A stretch of DNA of 64,000 bases from Lama glama (lineage: Eukaryota), in the NCBI GenBank assembly GCA_028534125.1, contig CM052818.1:2296001-2360000 (forward strand), read 5' to 3'. The translations under genes and the position numbers were made by a program. Below the pieces are notes generated by a model. It had not been told where the DNA came from and did not search any database. It worked only from the letters and a program-made list of their open reading frames with translations. Shown piece after piece: positions 1 to 13,619 of this stretch. Every line of letters starts with the position of its first letter. The stretch's first letter is position 1.

Positions 1-805
1 AGTCATGTGGCCACAAAGCTGGAGTAGAGCTTTGACTGCCTCTTGGAAGCCACAGTGTCCAGGCTGGCGCCCTTTCCCAGGGGCTCGCCCTGCCCTCCAT
101 GAGGCCAGTCTGTGGGTCACCACAGGCAGGGATTGGGGGCCAAGGTCCAGGAGAGCAGGCACAGAGATCCAGAGAGCTTTCCCTGGGCTCCTTCCTGGGC
201 TGGCTGCTGGGGGCAAAGGTCCAGCTGGAGGAAGCATGGATGGTACATTCATTCATTCATTCATTCATCCAACAAGCACGAACTGAGTGCCTTCTGCATG
301 CCAGGCTACCGGCTAGGTGCTCGGGGCCAAGCAAAAGTGTAATCTACACAAACATAAAATCACAAGTTTGATCAGTTCCTTGAAGAAGAGACATAAGGTG
401 CAGTGGCGCGTGAGAGAGACCCAGCTTTCTTGCTGAAGGGACAGCAGAGAGAGACGTTGGTGTCATCAGACGGGCACGCCTGGGTCTGCATTTCAGCAAG
501 CTCACCCCAGCTGCCACGTGGAGAACATGTGGACATAAATGGGTGCAAGGAGACCAGTTATGAAGCTTCTGTAAGGGTTCAGGCAGAGACAGTGGGGGCT
601 TAGATGCCAAGAGGTGCTAGAGAGAAGCCAGTGGATACAGGGCTGTTTAGTGGTGAGTGGTGTGAGGGGAACCCTAAGATCTCTGCAGCTCCCTGCCGCC
701 CCAAAACTCCTTTCCAGCCTGCCAGCCCCAGTCATGCTGGCTGGAGACCCACCCACTGGTCATTTCCCCTGCCTGGTCCCAAGGCGTCACTAGAGAAGAT
801 TCTAA

Positions 806-970
806 AGCAGTGGTTCCCAAATGTGAGCACACAGCAGAATTGCCTGGAAGGCTGAGAGAGACAGCTGGGCGCCGACCTCAGAGACTCATTCATCGACTCT
901 GGGGGAGGGGGTGGGAGGAAGTTCCCAGGTGCCGCCAATGCTGCCTTTTGAGGCTACACTTGGAAACCAG
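806..970. mobile_element. MER5-like hAT element
   Basis: TIRs cagtggttcccaaa ... cacttggaaaccag. Confidence 0.6.
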
Positions 971-3119
971 CGCAAGAGAAGGTCCTAAGAGACGGAGTGC
1001 GTGCAATCTGGGACAGAGCGAAGGGCTTGGAGGAGGGGGCCCCTCCGCTGCTCTCCTTAGGGGGCAGAGTCCAGTCTGCCGCCATTTTGTAAGACTCCAA
1101 GTGCCAGATGCTGACTGAGGGCATGCAGACAGGGAAACCTGGGGATTTAAGAGGCTGGCAGCTGGATACTAGAAGTCTGGGAGGGCTGAGCCCAAATGCC
1201 CTATGATGTGCCCTATACCTTTGGCATCTTTTCCAACCCACAGCACCTTGCATCCTCTGTGCCCTGCCAGGGAAGCCACCATGTGACCTCAGGAGGGCCT
1301 CAGCCCCAGAGCTCTAGAGCTAGGATGTCCAACTGCAGTCCTGGGGAGTGGGGAGACAGCGCTCCCACAAAGAGTGGGGGAGCAGGCCAGGCTCTCTGGC
1401 CAGAAGGAGACCAAGCGGCATGCCATGGCCACTGCACAGGAGGTGACAGAGAGTAACCGTCGAAGAGGTGGACAAGTTGGGGTGGGCAATGGGAGGCCTC
1501 CCGTTGAGGGATGGGGTCAGGGGGAGGGTCCAAGCTTCTGGCTGTTGCCCTAGGAGCTAGTTTTAAGGGTGAGAGGGGATCTAAGTTAGGAGACAGAACT
1601 ATGGGCACTCACTGGCTGAACAAATGCTGGGTTTGGCTAACGGGAAGCAGGTGCCAGGCCAGGACCAGCTTGTCCGCCTTCAGGCACAAAAGCACAGTGG
1701 GGTCAGTCCCGGAGGGTTTCCGGCAGGAAATGGATTTTGAACCTGATCCCAGAGGTGGAAGAGGTCAACGGGAGGCCGGCGGCAGAAGAAGGGGCAAGAG
1801 AGACATGCCCACCACATCCTGCCACCCCACCTGGTGAGGGCCTCCCTGGCATGGGGAGCCCGCTTGCCATGCACCAGGCTGGCCCAAGCCTTTCCCCTCC
1901 TGCCCCTGGCATGGCCCAGCGGCGTCTGTGCACTTAATGGAACCGTCTGGCTGTGATACCATCAGTTCCAAGCTCGGCAGAGAACCTCTCCCGGTTCCAG
2001 TAAGGGAGAGAGGGCGCGTTCCGATAAATAAAACCGTATTAGAGAGCCAGCGAAAAAGCCCCTTTTGTTCCCGCCCCCTGTGCTTCCCAAAGCTTTATTT
2101 TTATAAGCACACGGGCCCCAGACCGAACGCGTTTACACAAAGATCACAATTGCGCATTGTGGCGGCCGTGCACGCCGTATTGGTGTTGGCAGCACCCCCC
2201 ACGCCGGCCCCCGGAGTCGGCCGGCTCCTTCCAGCAGCCCCATCAGCGCAGGCAATGAGCTCAGCACGGGGGGAAGGGAGGGGGCGGCTTTCAAACAAAA
2301 CTCACCCAGACCCACACGCGCACCCCGCCCGCCCAGGGGAGGAAAAAACACACAACAAAGGCATTGTAAGGAGCAGGCCTGGAGGCCTGGGGGCTCAGAC
2401 ACTGAGCTACTGTGTGCTGGGGCCCAGCCTCTCCCCGCACAAGGCCCAGCCCCTCAGAAAAAGAGAAACAAGGGGGGTGGGGTGTTGCTGAAGCAAGGTG
2501 GTCAGATGAAGGGAAGCCAGACGGATGGACGCACAGACACATGTCTCTTCCAGGAAAGCCAAGAGGAGGGAGAGGCAGATCCCTGGGAGGTGGGGAGGAG
2601 CTGGGAGGGCCTGGCTCTTCCCAGGACCACTCCCGCAGGAGAGGGCCAGGATCAGCCCTCCAGCCTCACCTGCAGAGCCCGAGCCATACAGAGCACCTCC
2701 GGGGCTAAAGCTGGGCTGGAGCTCTCTGAGGACCACAGGCTGCCCTGGGAGCTCCACACAAGGCTTCCATCAGACCCATCACCACGAGAGGCTCCAGGCA
2801 GGTGACTGCTGGACCTGCAGCCTGGCGCCCGATCTCTGCTGCTCAGACTTCCCAGGAGCTCCAAGGAGACCCTTCTTCAGTCGCAATACACTAAGCTTCC
2901 CTCATGCACCGTCCCATCAACAGCTCAGGCCACCAGGGGCAGAGCAGGCAGCATCATCCCACTTGTCAGAGGAGGGAGCTTTGCAAAGACCAAGTCACCA
3001 GCCCACGTTCACACATGCCTGGGACCAGACTCCCTGACTCCAGGGCCAGTGATCCTTCTACACACCAAGCTCACAGGAAAAGGATCCTTAAGACAGGGTG
3101 GAGTAGACTGCTAGTAATC

Positions 3120-3570
3120 AAGGCAATGCGAACCCAAAACTACAATACAGGAATATTTTTCTTATAAAATTAAGAAAAAATTAAACAATTTTATAAAACC
3201 CAGTGTTGGCAAATATTTGACGAAATAGGTACCCTCCTTTATTGCTGAAAGCAATTTGGCAACCCTTCAGGAAAGCAACTGGGCAGGATGCCCTGAAAAA
3301 CAAAAAACTGTTTACACCCTGTTTCCCATATTCCTGGGAATCATCCAAATTAACCAAAAAGCTATATGAACAAAGATATATATCACTCTGGCATTATTTC
3401 TAATCCTCACCCGTTCAATACACAGTTACTGACTGACCAGCGTGTGGGGAGTAAGCACAGCGCTGGGAATGTGAAGATGCATGAGACGTGGTCTGGGCTC
3501 CTAAGATCAGGTGGTTGGAAATGGTAACTAAACAACAGCTATGGTACCAAGCGATGCAAAACTTCACAGC
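3120..3570 (+). mobile_element. Ancient L1 fragment
   Basis: A-rich, with aacccagtgttggcaa...gaaagcaatttggcaac...aaacaacagctatggtac. Confidence 0.55.
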
Positions 3571-3872
3571 GGGGGGTACTAGGCGCCAGGGTGGGAGTAC
3601 CCCCATGGAGTCTGGAGGCATCCAGTCCGTCCTCCCAAAGGAGGTCTCCTACCCTGAGTCTCAAGAATAAGGAGGTAACCAAGGAAAAGGGGTGTCCAGG
3701 CACCCAGTGCAACACGGGCCAAGGCAGCCAAGAGCACTCGGGGAAAGGCTAGTCTGTCCGAGGCGGGGAAGGGAGCGCCCCCAGGCTGCAGGGACAGAGC
3801 GGGGAGGGGGAGCCGGGCTGATGGCAAACGGTCCTGGATTCATGCCGAGCAAGCTGGACCAAATCCTGCAGA

Positions 3873-4105
3873 TCAGTGTTTCCCAAAACGCGTTCTTCGC
3901 AACACGGGTTCTCTGGGGAAGCAATGAACGCTTACCCAAGTCCAACAGGCCCCCTTGCTGCAGCCCCCTCAGAGCCTCTCTGAGCCACTGTGCATTGTAA
4001 ATCCTGCAGATCACTAAGTGCGCACTGTTCCCCACTCTCTCTCGCTCGGGAACCCTTTTTAAGTGGAGCGTTTCACAAGCCTCCAATGCACTTTGGAAAG
4101 CAGCC
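3873..4105. mobile_element. Old hAT-type MITE (family uncertain)
   Basis: TIR-like cagtgtttcccaaa ... cactttggaaagcag. Confidence 0.45.
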
Positions 4106-6599
4106 GCTTAAGCTCATCAGGAGAACTCCCCCAGCCAGAGCCAACCTTCACAGAAACCTCTGCTTCCACAGAGGCGGTGGGCCACGACCGGAGTCCAGAC
4201 CAGGGAAGCCCGCAAGCAAAGACTCCCCAGCCTCACTCAGCGCAGAGTCTGGGTGACCTCACTGTGTCCTGGCCGGGCAGCAACCCGCCTCAGGACCACC
4301 CAACGAGCTCACGGCTTTGACCTCCCAGGAACCATGAGGCCAGCACAGAGGGCACAGGACCTTCTGCTTTCTTGGCAGATGGATACTCCACGCCCAGAGG
4401 TTGATAACTGAGCCTTTGACCTACTTGCCTTCTCTCCCTTGCCTGGTTGGCCAAGTCAGGCCTCTGAGCCCACTGACCCGTGAGACCCTCAAAGAGGAGT
4501 CTCTGGGTGCCTGGAGCTCAGGGCCATCCCCTGGGATGCAAGCTGCCCCAAGGCTCCTCCATCTTGGTCCAGCGCTATAAGCATAAACACACCAGTGGTT
4601 CCCGGCTGGGGGAAGGGACAAAGCAGACTTCCCCAGGGTACAGCTTGACATAGGAGACAGCTTCCTCCCCTGATCCTCTTTGAGGAATATTGGTCTGCAG
4701 TGAAGAGTAACAGCTCCGACAGCTGTCTGGAGACCCAGTGCTGCCCATTAGGTATGGCGTTGAGGACATGTGACTGCTGAGTTCTCTGGAACCCTATCTT
4801 TTCTGTTCAGGGCAGACCCAGTGTGTCCCCCAGGGACTCACCCAGCAGCGGCAACCCTATTCCAATGTAAGAGAAGTCCTTTGAATTAAGCGTTGGTTCA
4901 CATTTTTCATACCTAATCACTACACAGGCCACATGCACTCATAACCACACAAGCACAGGCCACACACACCCTTCCAGTGGCCCAGAGAATTGATGCTGGT
5001 CCTCCACTCAAACCCCATCCAAGGCCAAAGCCTCAGGCAACCTACATGGCACCATCTCCACAAGCCTCCTGTCCAGGCCGAGTTCAGTGTTATCCAACAA
5101 GTGCTTCCTGGGCCCCACACCCTCTGCCAAGGAGAAGGAAGGAGGCACAGCCCCGGCCCTGGAGCAGCCCCAAGGCCCACCACACAAAGGACAAGCAGAG
5201 AGCGTGGCCCGGGGCTATGGGAGCCCCCCACCAGGGGGAAAGCACAGACACCACAGGTCAGAGCGCTCGCCAAGGGGAGCCCGCTGCGCCCCAGACGCCA
5301 GCAGGCAGGCTGGAAGATGATATGAGGGGCAGACTCTGGGCTGGACCCTCCCCTGGCCCCAAACGTTCCCGATTCACACAGGAGTTTCCTCTGAGAAATG
5401 CCAGCCGGTGGCCATGCACAGCCTCCAGCCGCCAGCCACCCCAGGGTCAGTTCCAGGGGAGAAACTGCTTTGGTTTAGGGTTTGGGAGTGAAAATAAACA
5501 CTCTGGGTTTTATAGGTTCACCCGTGTTGGCTGCTGTTTTCCTTTCCAGCAGCTGCTCAATCAGGCCTTTCATTCAGAAGCCAGTGGCCTCTGAGGAAGC
5601 CCTGGGCAGTGCCCTCAAAGCTCAAGGGATGTTTATTTGGGGGAGGGGGTGGAGCTAGGGTGGAAAGTGTGACGTCTCCTGCAGGCCAGCACCAGGCTGA
5701 CCCTGCCTGCTGTACCCAGATGTGCGGGTCCCCGGGCGGCACTCCCTCTTGCAGGGTCATCCACCAGTAGGGAGGACAAGGGGCCCTCCACCTGTACCCC
5801 ACTTCACCCCATCCCCACGCAGCCCCACCGCCTGCAGCCCCATCTCTCACATCCTCCCCTGAAGGAAGAGGAAGCAAAGTCATGAATTAGGGCACTTCTC
5901 TTTTCCTCAGGGTACGTTCTGATGGTCAGAAAGCATCCTGGCAAAGGTTCCCAGGAAGCTGCAGCTGCAGGTATCTGCATCCCCCAGCGCCCTGCCAATC
6001 CCTCTGTGCTGGTTTCGCACATGCATTGTAGAGGGCGCTCTAGGCACCCTGGACCCCAAGCACAGAGGAGAAATTGCTCCACCCATCCCACGCCTGGCTG
6101 CATGGGGCTGGAGAAAGGTCACAGAGAGGAGAGGAAGGTGGGGAAGCACGGCTGCTGGGGAGAGAAACCAGAGTGGTCCCCCACGTGGGGGGAAGTGGGG
6201 CCGGGAAAGGACAGGTAGATGGCTGTGAGCTGCGCTCCATTCTGTGAACAGGAAGTCACTCTCCTAGAACTCAGTTCTACTCAACTAAGTAGCAAGCATT
6301 TGGAGGGGGGTCTGTCACTTGTCAGCTATTTTAACTTAAGCAATTTAGTTAACCTAGCTGAGCCTCAGTTTCTTCATCTGCAAAACGGGGATGTCAAGTG
6401 CCCACTTCATAAGGGTTATATGAAATAACATCAGCAAAACACCTGGGCTCTTGGTGAGCCCTCAGTGTCAGTTTTTAGACATCAAGTGCTGTAGGCTAAG
6501 GGGTAACTCAAGGCCCCTTCCTGGGGGAGCTCAGAGTCATGCTGGGACGAACATGGCAGAGATAGGTGACAATCCATCTATGCAGTGGGTAAGGGCTCT

Positions 6600-7460
6600 G
6601 AGAAAGGTGTTGGCGAGGTCTTGGCCAAGTCCTGGGGAAGGAACAACCAGTGCGGCTTGGGGAAGAGTCAGAGGGCATCTGGGCTGGGTCTTGAAGGATG
6701 AGTAGGAGTTCACTGGATTAAAAATACAGAGGGAATGCATTCTAGGCAGAGAGAACACTGAGTGCAAAGGCCAGAAATGTAGAGGAACTAGATAAACATT
6801 GACAGAAGTGGGTGGGGCCAGAGCTAGCAGATAGAGAAGAATTAGGGTAAGATAAAACTGGTGAGGTCCACAGGGGTCAGATCACAGAGGAGATGCCTGC
6901 CAGGCTAAAGAGCTGGGGATCCATCTGTCAGTGTCTATGTTTGAAATCAGGGCGTGACGTGACCAGATCTGTCGGGGGCAGCGCGGAAGGTCGCAGGGAG
7001 GCCAGGAGACGACCAGGGTGTTGAGACAAAAGAGGCAAGGCCAGTGCGGGACGGCAGCTGTGCTGCTGAAGAGAAGGGAATCACCTCCGAGAGAGACTCA
7101 GGAGCAGAATCAACAGAGCTGGGCACCTGACTGTTCCCACCCTGACAGGTAAGAGAGGTGTGTGGATGTGACACCAGCACCGAGGTAGCAAATGAAGGGG
7201 AGGCCTGGATCTGGGTGGGGGCAGTGGTCACACAGAATTCAGCTTGGACAGGATGGACTAAGGTGCCTCTGAGGCTTTTGGGGGGAAACACCTAAAGCGT
7301 GGCTGGACATGAGGGGCTCCGAGGAACTAAAGGCCTGGAAGCTTCCCTGACGTGAGTGTTTACTGGGTTGGTGGGGGGACACCGGTGCCCAGAGAAGAGA
7401 ACACGCACAGAACTCTTGGGACCATCAGGCTTAGAGGGCAGTGAAGCATCCGAAAAGGAG
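6600..7460 (-). mobile_element. L2 LINE relic
   Basis: gctgggtcttgaaggatgagtaggagtt...cattctaggcagagagaac...gtgcaaaggcc...aggagcagaatcaacag. Confidence 0.65.
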
Positions 7461-7612
7461 CAAGTGGGGCAACAGGAGGCTGCAGGAGACCGGGGTGGGG
7501 GCTGGTCCCAGGACAGGGCCAGAGGGGCTTTCAGGAGCAGGGGATGGATGGTCAGGAAAGCCAAACCCTGCAGAGGGGTCAAGCAGGCCACCTGACAACC
7601 AGGAGGCCACCG

Positions 7613-8112
7613 NNNNNNNNNNNNNNNNNNNNNNNNNNNNNNNNNNNNNNNNNNNNNNNNNNNNNNNNNNNNNNNNNNNNNNNNNNNNNNNNNNNNNNNN
7701 NNNNNNNNNNNNNNNNNNNNNNNNNNNNNNNNNNNNNNNNNNNNNNNNNNNNNNNNNNNNNNNNNNNNNNNNNNNNNNNNNNNNNNNNNNNNNNNNNNNN
7801 NNNNNNNNNNNNNNNNNNNNNNNNNNNNNNNNNNNNNNNNNNNNNNNNNNNNNNNNNNNNNNNNNNNNNNNNNNNNNNNNNNNNNNNNNNNNNNNNNNNN
7901 NNNNNNNNNNNNNNNNNNNNNNNNNNNNNNNNNNNNNNNNNNNNNNNNNNNNNNNNNNNNNNNNNNNNNNNNNNNNNNNNNNNNNNNNNNNNNNNNNNNN
8001 NNNNNNNNNNNNNNNNNNNNNNNNNNNNNNNNNNNNNNNNNNNNNNNNNNNNNNNNNNNNNNNNNNNNNNNNNNNNNNNNNNNNNNNNNNNNNNNNNNNN
8101 NNNNNNNNNNNN
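7613..8112. other. Assembly gap (exactly 500 N, probably a placeholder of unknown true size)
   Basis: Run of 500 N bases. Confidence 0.99.
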
Positions 8113-8250
8113 TGCGCAGGGGTGATATTTCTATATCCCATGTTTGTTCAAAATTATTCCAGGAGCTGGAAAAGTGGACATTTCAGCCACAGCCCTGGGC
8201 AGAAATCAAAATCAGTCAGTCGGGCAATCAATCTCTCCCTGCCCCCCACC

Positions 8251-8251
<1 letters not shown>

Positions 8252-8305
<54 letters not shown>
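8252..8305 (+). repeat. (AC)27 perfect microsatellite
   Basis: 54-bp pure AC tract. Confidence 0.98.
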
Positions 8306-8306
<1 letters not shown>

Positions 8307-10841
8307 AGGAGAGCAGGGTAACAGGGAGGGACGTCATACTACAGACAGAGAAGAACCCAAAGGCCTGTGTCTGAAACCCTCCCTCCCGGCAGGTGTGAGC
8401 CCTGGGCGTCCTGGGTTCCCGCCAACAGAGGCGCTGGGCCTGGTCACGTGGTGCAGCACCAAGTCCAGTAGCTAATGGCTTCGGCTGCCAGGCCTACGAG
8501 GCCGCACATAGAGCCGGACCCAGGGGCCCAGCAGGCCGCCCCAGGCGGGAGGTGCGGAAACGCCAAGGAAAGCAGGTCAGGACGCTGGAAACAGGGCTTG
8601 GCCGGCCCCCAGGTGCAACAACGCTTAGCAGGCAGCTCAGTGCACCTTGGCGGGGGACGGGCTGGAAGGCCCAGGACTTTGCAGCCCCTCCGCCTCAGCC
8701 TGGCCACACACACGTGCCCCCCACCTGCAAACAGGGCGCAGAGGTGAGTGCGGGGGGGACCCCCACAGGCCCCAGAATCCCTCTCTCCCTCCAGGTGCAG
8801 GGACCACCGTGCTTGCAGACTGCGGCCCGGGCACATCCGCACCCACCTCGCACCTCCTCTAGAGGGCGTCCCCGAGCCGCCTCCCATCAGCGCCACTCCC
8901 ACCAAAGGGCCTCTGTCTGGGGCTTTGGCAGCACTTCCTAGGTCTCTCTCCAAAGGCAGGGCTCCCCCGCCTGTGCTCAAAAATGGTGCCCCCTCCCTGG
9001 GATTTCCACAAAGGCCGGGGCCAGGTACCTCAGACCCTGGTGCTGAGAATGACATCCTTCAGAGGGAGAACCAGCGTTCTCTCTGGGAGTGGCCCTCGCG
9101 CTGCCTGACTTCTCCACCTGTCCTGCCTCCCCTGGAGGGGCCCACAGCCACCCTGCCCTGGTCCACAGGGCCTCTTTCCACGCCCCACCCCCATCTGCCG
9201 CCCAAGTGTGGCCCTGCCTCCACCTCCCCTCCCCTCCCCAGCTGAAGGAGACAGACAGGGATTGCTGGGAAGAAGCTGGGAGAACCAGGATGACACATAC
9301 ACCTGGAGCCCAGCTGAGGGACCCCCCACTAAGTTCAGTCCCCGCAGGGGAGCCCCAGCCCAGCAGTCTCCCTGGTTCCCACGCTGGGCAGAATTCCACC
9401 CACACAGCGGCCAACGTCTTTACATCCTCTGGCCCCCTGTCCCTTCCAGGCGGACCTGGGCTCTTCACGCATCCCCTTCAGAGCTTGGGAGCAGAGGGGA
9501 GGCCGGCCCTCCCTCACAGCCGCACTGTGGCCTCTGTGTCGAGTCTCAAGCAGGCAGGACACCGCCAAACAGCCCCATGGCTGCTGCCTCCACACTCAAA
9601 CCAGCTGAGCACGCAGGGTCCCCTCTCTCGCCCCCAGGCCTCTTGCACATAGCTCTCTCTGCCCCACTCTTTCCCTGGCTTTTTCCTCAGGTGTCCTGTC
9701 TTATCTTCAAGGTCACCCTGCAGGGATGAGTTAGGCACCCCTCCCATGGTCTCCCACAGAACCCCAAGTTTCCCCCTTACTGCATATACCACTACCTTGC
9801 ATTGTAAATACCCTTTACCTGTCTGCCCCGCCCACAGAGAGCTCTGTGAGGTTTCCGCTTGCACCCAGCACCCACACAGCAGGTGCTCGGTTAATAACAG
9901 GAGAAGGAGTGAATGAAGGAAGGAAGGAAGGAGCTCACATCTCAGGTGAGGGGAACAGAGCATAAGCTTTGGGGAGAGCTAGTGATGAAGGCCAGCCCGT
10001 CGCCCAGGTCAGGGGATCCACCTGTGTCTCAACACAGATAATCCAATGCCACACTGTCTCCACTTTGAAGCATATTTTCAGTTTTCAGATGTGGACGTGT
10101 GTGGCTCACGTTCAGGAAATTTCTCGCAAAGCAAATGATGAAGCCTCGTGAAAAGCTGGTTCAGGAGCTTCTGGGAAGCGTCTCCGCCTCCTGTCAGCCC
10201 TTCCCTTCGGCGTCCCACCCGTGTTTATCGGACACCTACTTTGTGACCCTGTCCCACATCCGAGTTGGAAAACAGTTGCTGCTCATGGAGGCTTAAAATG
10301 TCCCCGCCCCGGAGGGACCATCCCTGACCACGTGCAGCGTCACACAGCCCAACCCCACACGCCCTCACACTCACAGTGGCCCTCTCAACTCCTGTTCAGC
10401 CTTCCCTTTCCCCACAGCACTCGTTACCCTGCACGTGTGCTCCAGCAACGCTAGTGTATGGTCTCCCTGGCCCCCAGAATGTGGGCTCCAGGAGAGCACT
10501 CACTGCCTTTGCTCTTGAGACGGGCAGACTCTGCCACACAAAGGCCAAGCGACTTAACCATCGCACGACAGAAAAGCGGCCGGCAGCCCCCGAACTTGCC
10601 CTGCACGCTCATAGATGTTCATTTTATAGACCCTGAAGCTCCGATATACGGAACATCCAGGATGCCGACCCCCAGGCATTGTATGTGCACCGGGAAGGGG
10701 AAGGGGGGAACGTGCCTGGAGCTCACTGTGTGGGTCAGAGAAAGGCAGCTGGGGGTGCCCCTGGGAAGCCCCGTTTCGGATCCCTCACTGTAAAGGGTTC
10801 ATCGCGGTAATACCCACCGCATAGGGTTACTGGGGAAAATG

Positions 10842-11068
10842 CAGGGGTTTTCAAAATTGGCACCACTGACGTTTTGGGCCAGGAAATCCTTTGTGGGGAC
10901 GCCCTGTGCATTGCTGCATGTTTAGCACCATCCCTAGCCTCTACCATTAGATGCCCATAACTGTCCCCGTCCTTCAGTTGTGACCATCAAAAATATCTGC
11001 AGATGTTGACAAATGTCCCCTGGGGGTGGGCTGGGGGATAGAAATTGTCCCCAGCTGAGAGTCACTGG
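10842..11068 (-). mobile_element. MER20 (hAT-Charlie)
   Basis: caggggttttcaaa...gacgttttgggccagga...caaatgtcccctggggg...ctgagagtcactg. Confidence 0.8.
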
Positions 11069-12879
11069 TAGAAATTAAATGAAATGCACCCACAGCACTT
11101 AGGAACCTGGCACATAATAGCACTTGCTGGTGTCAGTTTAACTCTTTCATCTCGAAAGTCTCATGCTAAACAATACATTCCACCACCACCCCTTAATCAC
11201 TGCCCTCTGGCTTTCTTTAAGTTTAGAATCCATCACCATTCCCCCTGCCGCAGGACCTTTGCACAGGCTGTTTTCACCACCTGGAAGGCCCTCCAGACAA
11301 GCTGACTTGAGTTCTTCCCTCTGCTTAGTCATCACAGAGGCCTAGACACTTCCCTGATGGCCCTGCCTTCATCAGCAACCCCTACTCAGCCTCTTCTAGC
11401 ATCTCTCCTGCATCCATCTCTCCATGTGCATAGGTAAGACATGTGCTTTCCTTGATCCCTGACACCCTGCCCAGAGTCTAGCACTTAGTAGGCAGCCAAT
11501 GAAGATTCATCACATGAAATGAGTCACCAGCATCCCTGCCCTCCAGCACATGCGCAGCACTCAGGTCTAAGTTCCCAGGGGAAGGGACAGACATCAGACA
11601 GCACCCTCCCACCCTCGCAGGGCTCAGGGACGGACACCACCACAGAAAAAGCAAGGGCTGTAGGCTCACTTACACCCCAGGATGAGGCCATTTGTAGGGC
11701 GGAAGGGAACAGGGTGGGCCCTTGGGAGGTGCCATTCAGGAAGGAGAAAGAAGGGTGCTGAAACACGGGAACAGCAGCACACTGGAGGCCTGCCCCCCAG
11801 AGCTTCGGAAAGGGTTGGCTAGAAGCGTGAGGCTGGGGCAGATCAAGGCCAGGAGGAGGGCTGGCTTCCTTCTGCTCCCACTTGGAGCCCTGAGCAGAGC
11901 CAGGCTGCGGGGGCAGCTAACGGTCTGGTTTCCACCCACCCAGCCTTCAACCCCACTCTGTACTCACACTCTTCCCTAGCCCCAGGCCAGGCCTGGGGCA
12001 TTGAGTTTCCCACAGTCACATTCCTGCCTCCATAGCTCATGCCGATGCGACTCTCAGGCTGGGGCCGGCAGCCATGTGGTCTGCGGCCACGCACTTGGTC
12101 TTGGGGCTGGCTGTGGGAGGGATCCTGCCGCTCGCCCGGGAGACTGGGCGGCCTCCAATCCGCTGCTGCCCCGCTGGCGGCCACGGTTCCCCGGAGGTGC
12201 TGGAGCTCAGGAGTGTGAGCAACTCTCCGTCCCAGATGCTAGGTCTCCCCCAGGGGTGCCCAGAGCCAGCGGCCAAGCCCACCGTATGTGCTGAGGGCTG
12301 ACATCTCAGAACCCCAGCCACCACACTGGGAGGAGGTGGGCAGGCTCTGGGAAAACAAGCAGCCTGGGAGGGGACCCACCTAAACGGGATCCAAGACCAA
12401 GCACCAGACCACTGGCATTTCTGAGATTCTTTCTGCACCCGGGTCTCTGTCACTCGCATCCCGCCTCCCGCACACAGAGCCTAGAGGTCTGGTTCAGGAT
12501 ATATGAAGAGGAGGCAGGAAGGAGGCAGAAGGGGCAAGAGCAGAGGTGGATGCAGCAAAAAAACGGGTTGAACGCTGGGTCTCCCTGGGGCTGGTTAAGA
12601 CGGGGCCAAGACCACAGCAGCCACACTCACGATGGTCAGGAAAGAAACGACACCTTGGAGGTATTTCCAGGGGCCACCAGGGCACCCCCTGCCCCAGCAG
12701 AGTCAAGCTTATGGGTTTCAGGGGCCAGGTGCCCTCTTCGCTCTATGGGAAGGACTCAACTCCCATGCCTGATGGACCCAAAGAGCACAGAGGACAGAGC
12801 TGCTGGGAATGGTGCTACTGTGGGGAGCCCCATATCTCTTCATGTATGTAAACAGGATCGGAGGACCCCCAAGAGCAGC

Positions 12880-13322
12880 AGGTGCCGGAGCCAGCTCGTG
12901 TGGCCCAAGAGAGATCATTCTATTTCCCGCCATTTGCAAGCCGGCTGCCAAGCACAGCCCTTTGTGAAAATTAAATCCTATAAATTTATAACTTCAGAAA
13001 TAATTTTTAAAACAAAAGTGATAAATACTCAGACTCATCACTTCCAAATTCTTCCACTACCTTTTACTATTATCCTGCTCCTGAGGGGATTTACACCTGG
13101 AGTATGTGTGTGGTGGAAGTGCTATATAAATGGTACACATAACAATGAGCAAAGCCGGCCTCCTCCCATCCCCACGTTCAGTGATCTCACACTGAGCTTG
13201 AAACTGGCCAAGGCGGGGAAATGTACACCGTGGAAATCAGCAAATGCTACAAACAGAGCTGGATTTCTTCTCTGGATTTTTTTCCCAGAGAGTCAGTTGT
13301 TCAACACTGACCAGCACAGGCC
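12880..13322 (-). mobile_element. MER63-like hAT DNA transposon
   Basis: Ends in gagagtcagttgttcaacactgaccagcaca; AT-rich interior typical of MER63. Confidence 0.6.
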
Positions 13323-13619
13323 AAGGGTGACCTGTCAGGATCGCTCCTTCACCTGGCTCTGCAGGGACACCACATGACAAATGACAACATAAACTGCCAT
13401 AAACCCCGCCCAACCCGCCATTATCCCTAAGATTCGTCATGATGTTTGGATGAGGAAACACCACCAGAGTAATTATGACTTGTTTTCTCTGTGCCTCAGT
13501 TGGCTTCTCCATAAAATGGGAGCACTAAGAAAACCCTCCTCTTGGGATTACCCGGAGGCCTACATGAGATATTTCATGAACAGGGCAGAGGGGACTGGCT
13601 GACACATGATATGTGCCCT

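Noticed and set aside
7431..8475. Long ORFs of 193-344 aa spanning 7431-8475
   Set aside because: Artefacts of translating the N gap and the AC repeat.
12550..13377. 275-aa plus-strand ORF
   Set aside because: Runs through a decayed MER63-like element with no transposase motifs.
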